DNA from: an uncultured Bdellovibrio sp.
GTDB lineage: Bacteria; Bdellovibrionota; Bdellovibrionia; Bdellovibrionales; Bdellovibrionaceae
Assembly (NCBI GenBank): GCA_963932905.1
Contig: CAWVRN010000011.1
Location: 53,187 to 117,186, forward strand
Direction: 5' to 3'
DNA: 64,000 nucleotides
Shown: in pieces, positions 59,658 through 64,000 of the stretch
Layout: the number at the start of each line of letters is the position of its first letter
Position numbering within the stretch: position 1 is the stretch's first letter
Notes under the pieces: model-generated
What the model saw: only the letters and a program-made list of their open reading frames with translations
Told to the model about the DNA's origin: nothing
Database searches by the model: none
Position numbers and translations under genes: made by a program

Positions 59658-61556
59658 TTATCTCTTGTTGTTGTTTTCAAGTTGAAGCCAATCTTCAACA
59701 ATTCGGTACGCTTCATCTGTGTTAAGAGTGTGAATTTCTTTTATGGATTTGCCTTCAGCGTGTTCGTGGAGGCCACGATTTTTAGATTTTTCGGCAAGTT
59801 CTTTGTTAATCGCATCTAAATTAGGAATCTTAATGGAAACGCCAGAAGTCGATCCACCCAGCGGCATCGGTTTGATTGAGTTGGCTTGAATGCGTTCTGA
59901 AAAAGGATTGGATACAGATTCTGTGGACACAAGGGGGATGTCGACTTTCACACCATCCCACTGCAGTGGTTGACCGGTAGGGGAATAAAATAAAGCAGTC
60001 GTATATTTGTACATCGTTCTATTTATTTCTCTATAGTTCTGCATTGAACCTTTTCCAAACGTGACCGGTCCGCCGACAACTATGGCGCGTTTATGGGCTT
60101 GTAGAGCAGCCGCTAAGGCTTCTGAAGAACTAGCACTGGCATGGTCAACTAGGATTACGAGTGGCCCATCCCACACCGTAGCGTCCTTCACATTTGATCT
60201 TTCGACACTGACCGAATTTCGATCGCGTACAATCATCGAATTCACACGGCCAGCAAATAATTGAACTATGTCACTCATCTCAACAATACTGCCACCGAGA
60301 TTGCCTCGAAGGTCCAAAATAATTCCTTTGGTATCGGCTGTTTTGTTTTTTGCAATCTCTTTTTTTAGCGCCACGGAACTGCCAGCGGAAAAAATGCTTA
60401 GTTTTACACTCATAATATCACCGACCGGTGTCTTTCTAATTTCAGCGGGGCTAACCGAACGTTCTCCTGATGTTGTCAGCTGTCGAACTAAAGAAACAGT
60501 GAATTCTTTTGAGTCTCTAAGAACACGTACCGTATATGTTGAGTTTGGTTCGCCAGATAATGATTCAGTGAATTCCTTCATGGTTAAATATTTAGTAGCA
60601 TACCATTTTCCCGAGTTTGCGACCGGTTCCACAGCTAAAACAACATCGCCTTTAAGAAGACCCGATTTTTCTGCGACCCCGCCTGGGAAAACTTGAAGTA
60701 GCAACATGCCGTCTTTGTGAATTCCTGTCATGATACCTAAACTTGTTCGTTTGTTTTTTGATTGATCTAAACTCAGGCGCGTTTCCTCAGGCAAATACAT
60801 ATCTGTGTGGGCGTCAAAAGTGCTTAGAAATGATTTTGCAATTAGGGCGGTCATAGAATCTTCAGAGACGTTTTCTTTGTGTGTTTCAATTTCGATACGT
60901 AGAGCTCTAATTAATTTCGCAAGATCAGCATGACGTAGTTTTCGTTTTGAGTTATTTTCTGTTGATTGGATAAAGAGCGACAGTCTTCCTGCTAAATATT
61001 CAATCACTTTGGCTTCGATATCGGAAGTTTTTTCTGGTCGCGCTTCAGAAAAATTTAAATTGTCTAATTGCTGAATTTCGTTGGCTCTATCTAAAATACG
61101 CATTCGGAACATGTCATTATGGAGGAAGCGTTCAATATAGGCGTCCATGCGATCACTTGTTTTTGCATAAAGTGCACTGTATTCAGGGCGTGTGTGTCCG
61201 TTAATCCAGCCTAAATGGATGTTTTCAAAAAACGATTTTACTGGATATTTTAATTTTGCTAAATCTTCTTTCGAAATAAATATTCGCTGAGGATCAATTA
61301 ATTCCAAATAAGTTTCGAAAGCCTGTACCGTCATATCGGGTGTGATTTTTCGAATATTAAAATGATTAGATAAAACGTCTTTTAAAATCTCTAGAACAGG
61401 ATTATTGGAACTATCCGGTGTATTTGATTCAATAGATTGGATACCTACTATTGGGTCGTAGAAGAAGCGGCATGATACGGAAGCGGCATGTCCTGGCAGT
61501 ACGGCAATTTGACTTAGGACCACAACAATGATCAATGAGTTGGAGAATAATTTCAT
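59658..61556 (-). CDS. S41 carboxy-terminal processing protease (PDZ)
   Basis: DAHT, LDLRGNLGG, SASSSE, TFGKGS; probable start MKLFS. Confidence 0.88.
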   Translation of the reverse strand: MKLFSNSLIIVVVLSQIAVLPGHAASVSCRFFYDPIVGIQSIESNTPDSSNNPVLEILKDVLSNHFNIRKITPDMTVQAFETYLELIDPQRIFISKEDLAKLKYPVKSFFENIHLGWINGHTRPEYSALYAKTSDRMDAYIERFLHNDMFRMRILDRANEIQQLDNLNFSEARPEKTSDIEAKVIEYLAGRLSLFIQSTENNSKRKLRHADLAKLIRALRIEIETHKENVSEDSMTALIAKSFLSTFDAHTDMYLPEETRLSLDQSKNKRTSLGIMTGIHKDGMLLLQVFPGGVAEKSGLLKGDVVLAVEPVANSGKWYATKYLTMKEFTESLSGEPNSTYTVRVLRDSKEFTVSLVRQLTTSGERSVSPAEIRKTPVGDIMSVKLSIFSAGSSVALKKEIAKNKTADTKGIILDLRGNLGGSIVEMSDIVQLFAGRVNSMIVRDRNSVSVERSNVKDATVWDGPLVILVDHASASSSEALAAALQAHKRAIVVGGPVTFGKGSMQNYREINRTMYKYTTALFYSPTGQPLQWDGVKVDIPLVSTESVSNPFSERIQANSIKPMPLGGSTSGVSIKIPNLDAINKELAEKSKNRGLHEHAEGKSIKEIHTLNTDEAYRIVEDWLQLENNNKR

Positions 61557-61728
61557 ATTATCAACAGTTGCCAAGTCAACGCCAAGGTATTTGTCGTAGA
61601 ACGATTTATGACTGTTTTGGTAACTTCAAGGTCGCGACAGATCGATTTTAGTCATGCGACTGTCGTGAATTTTCACAGGAGGGTTGCCGTCTCAGAATGA
61701 GACGTGTAATCTTGAGCGCATGGATACA

Positions 61729-62052
61729 ATGACGTGGTCGTGGATTTTTTTAGTCATCGCGGGTTTACTTGAAGTGTGTTGGGCTATTGGTCTGAAATAC
61801 AGCGAAGGATTTACTAGATGGGTACCTAGCCTGTTTACATTGATAACATTGGCGTTAAGTATGTTCTTACTTGCCAAGGCCAGTCAGAATTTACCAATTG
61901 GAACCGCCTACGGAATCTGGGTAGGTATCGGTGCGCTGGGAGCTGCGATTTTAGGTATCATTTTATTCAAAGAATCGGCCTCACCTGGTCGGATTTTTTT
62001 CTTGGTCCTGCTTTTAATTTCTATTATCGGTCTTAAATTAACGACGAAATAA
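61729..62052 (+). CDS. sugE: SMR-family exporter (SugE/Gdx type)
   Basis: [32 protein letters not shown]. Confidence 0.9.
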   Translation: MTWSWIFLVIAGLLEVCWAIGLKYSEGFTRWVPSLFTLITLALSMFLLAKASQNLPIGTAYGIWVGIGALGAAILGIILFKESASPGRIFFLVLLLISIIGLKLTTK

Positions 62053-62872
62053 TTAAACTTCCGGTGGATGCGGAGCCTTCGGTTTTAAGTGAACGAGTTG
62101 CGGTAAAAGTGGCAATAAAATTATTTAGAGCCCCGGCGCTTTCAGCGTCGGCGCCCCAATGATCTTCGTACAAATCAATCATGTGAAAACCGGCTTTCAT
62201 TTGCCCACCCAGCTGATCTTCCATTGTATGGCCAAAACAAAGAGGTTCATTTTTATCTGTATAGCGTTTGCGTTCTTCATTCGTTAGACTTGTTAAGTCA
62301 GAATAGGGGATTTTGTATTTTAGTTGCGCGATTCCCTTTTGATCTAAATCCGGATCAACGGCGTATACTATGGGATTGACGACGCCAGCAATCATAGTTC
62401 CATTTTTTTTCAGCACTCGGAAGGCTTCGTTCCATACCGGTTGAATATCGGGGACAAATGAGTTTGAACACGGATGAAAAATAAAATCGAACGTTTCGTT
62501 TTTGAAAACACTAAGGTCGCGCATATCGCCTTCGACACATTGAATTTTTAACCCTTCACGATTGGAAACCATTTTGTCTTGTTCTAGTTGCTTTGGCGAA
62601 TAATCAAATACCGTAACGTCTGCACCAGCAGCCGCAAACAAAGGGGCTTGTTGTCCGCCGCCAGAGGCGAGTGCCAGAATCTTTATATTTTTAAATAACC
62701 CATTCGTTTGGGGAAACCAATTCATCGGAACTGGTTTTGAAGGAGTCAAAACGACTTTCCAGTCGCCGAGTTTGGCTTTCGCTACTTCGTCCGATGACAC
62801 AGGAATCGTCCAGCGATTTTTTGATTCAACTTGGTGATTCCATGCTTGTTTATTGTATTTAAGTGGATCCAT
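62033..62872 (-). CDS. Class I SAM-dependent methyltransferase
   Basis: [19 protein letters not shown]. Confidence 0.88.
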   Translation of the reverse strand: MDPLKYNKQAWNHQVESKNRWTIPVSSDEVAKAKLGDWKVVLTPSKPVPMNWFPQTNGLFKNIKILALASGGGQQAPLFAAAGADVTVFDYSPKQLEQDKMVSNREGLKIQCVEGDMRDLSVFKNETFDFIFHPCSNSFVPDIQPVWNEAFRVLKKNGTMIAGVVNPIVYAVDPDLDQKGIAQLKYKIPYSDLTSLTNEERKRYTDKNEPLCFGHTMEDQLGGQMKAGFHMIDLYEDHWGADAESAGALNNFIATFTATRSLKTEGSASTGSLIISSLI

Positions 62873-62883
62873 CAGCCGTCCTT

Positions 62884-63062
62884 CTATAGTTTTAATGTCA
62901 TTTGCACATCGTCGATTATTTCATTTTCCACTCTAAGTGCATCTGGAATCGTGTAGGTTTCTTGGAAGCCATGATTTTGGTATAATCGGCGAGCCGCTGC
63001 GATAGAACCGTGGCGTAGGTCTTTATATCGTGCATTGTGCAGTGGTGAATTTGAAAATTCAT
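62884..63062 (-). pseudogene. Internally deleted GNAT acetyltransferase remnant
   Basis: N-terminus MNFQIHHCTMHDIKTY joined out of frame to AARRLYQNHGFQETYTIPDALRVENEIIDDVQMTLKL*. Confidence 0.6.
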
Positions 63063-63398
63063 TTATTCGTCTCGCGTGCGCACTTCAATTAGTTCTACAT
63101 GAAAAATTAAATTCGAATGCGGCTTGATCAAACCTTTTTCCCGTTCGCCGTAGCCTAAATGAGAAGGGACAAACAAAGTGCGCTGGCCACCTTCTTTCAT
63201 TCCCATGATGCCAATATCCCAACCTTGAATCACGCGTTTGGATCCAATAACAAATTGAAATGGTCGACCGTGTTTGTGGGATGAATCAAACTCGGTTCCA
63301 TCTTCTAACAAACCGGTATAGTGGCAAATGACGAGCGCACCTTTAACGACAGTTTTACCAGTGCCTTCGACGGTGTCCTTGATTTTCAATTCCTGCAT
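63063..63398 (-). CDS. FKBP-type peptidyl-prolyl isomerase
   Basis: HYTG.LEDGTEFDSS, VIQGWD, LGYG. Confidence 0.93.
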   Translation of the reverse strand: MQELKIKDTVEGTGKTVVKGALVICHYTGLLEDGTEFDSSHKHGRPFQFVIGSKRVIQGWDIGIMGMKEGGQRTLFVPSHLGYGEREKGLIKPHSNLIFHVELIEVRTRDE

Positions 63399-63744
63399 CG
63401 GGTGACTATTATTTTTTTATATCAAACTGTCTACGAGAATTTGGAATCGGGGGCCTAGGAGGCTACCTAGCAAAACGCCCGGAGTGATCCATAATATAGG
63501 TGAACTAGTAATCCGATATGAAGAATGCACCCGAAATCGCATACGACAGAAAAAGCCACGTGAGTTTCGACTCTTCGCTTTTTCTTTGAAAAAATTAGCC
63601 ATTTTGTTCACAGAGTAGGCTAGTGTCGCTTTAAAACACCTAAACGACGAAATTTTAGGCAAAATTTAGTTAAAAAATATTTTAAAATCTGATTGACTAA
63701 AAATACGTTTTCTATCAAATTGGCCTCTCTTAAGTCATTCGAGT

Positions 63745-63820
63745 GGTTCGCTAGCTCAGCTGGTAGAGCATTTCACTTTTAATGAAAGGGTCGATGGTTC
63801 GAATCCATCGCGAGCCACCA
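63745..63820 (+). tRNA. tRNA-Lys (TTT)
   Basis: Cloverleaf; anticodon arm TTTCA-CTTTTAA-TGAAA; CCA end. Confidence 0.96.
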
Positions 63821-63859
63821 TTTTTCGTTTTCTTAAGATCTGACTCCGAAATTTTCAGA

Positions 63860-63935
63860 GTCCCCTTCGTCTAGAGGCCTAGGACGGCTCCCTTTCACGG
63901 AGCAGACACGAGTTCGAATCTCGTAGGGGACGCCA
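63860..63935 (+). tRNA. tRNA-Glu (TTC)
   Basis: Cloverleaf; anticodon arm GCTCC-CTTTCAC-GGAGC; CCA end. Confidence 0.96.
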
Positions 63936-63945
63936 AGTAATTTCA

Positions 63946-63984
63946 GTTCTACGGTTCTACGGTTCTACGGTTCTACGGTTCTAC
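63946..63984. repeat. 8-bp tandem repeat (GTTCTACG, about 5 copies)
   Basis: Read directly. Confidence 0.9.
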
Positions 63985-64000
63985 ACGGCCCATGGTGGGT

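Noticed and set aside
61568..61585. Sigma-54 promoter for the S41 protease
   Set aside because: The -12 element is non-consensus (TGGC), it lies very close to the ATG, and no enhancer box is nearby
62033..62052. Convergent overlap of sugE and the methyltransferase
   Set aside because: A short 3' overlap is common and likely incidental
63994..64000. Start of another tRNA (GGTGGGT)
   Set aside because: Only 7 nt are visible at the window edge

Overview
Bacterial chromosomal window. The lineage is probably Bdellovibrionota-like, inferred from the lipoprotein/VWA gene types and the dense sigma-54 signalling. (1) Positions 1-~10.9 kb are the right arm of an integrative element ending at a minus-strand tRNA-Asp. 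It carries an FtsK-type coupling ATPase, a MOBC/Replic_Relax-type relaxase, TraV-like and truncated VirB10-like genes, a putative HEPN protein, an HTH-containing DNA methyltransferase and a large serine recombinase whose reading frame runs antisense through the whole tRNA. (2) 11-27 kb holds host genes: murB, cvfB-like, lipoproteins, a DUF4178/DUF350/spermidine synthase/amine oxidase operon, ppk2, dps and a Cpx-like two-component locus. (3) 27.5-58 kb is a stress-signalling region with four hybrid histidine kinases (one poly-HAMP), two Hpt proteins, an NtrC-family activator, hemerythrins, general-stress proteins and a sensor-fused OtsA plus OtsB. Nine sigma-54 -24/-12 promoters and a recurrent 17-bp palindrome (TGtGGcAnnnTGCCCCA) are readable directly from the DNA and suggest a self-contained regulon. 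(4) 58-64 kb has miscellaneous genes, a deleted GNAT remnant, tRNA-Lys and tRNA-Glu. All calls come from reading motifs by eye; no database searches were run.
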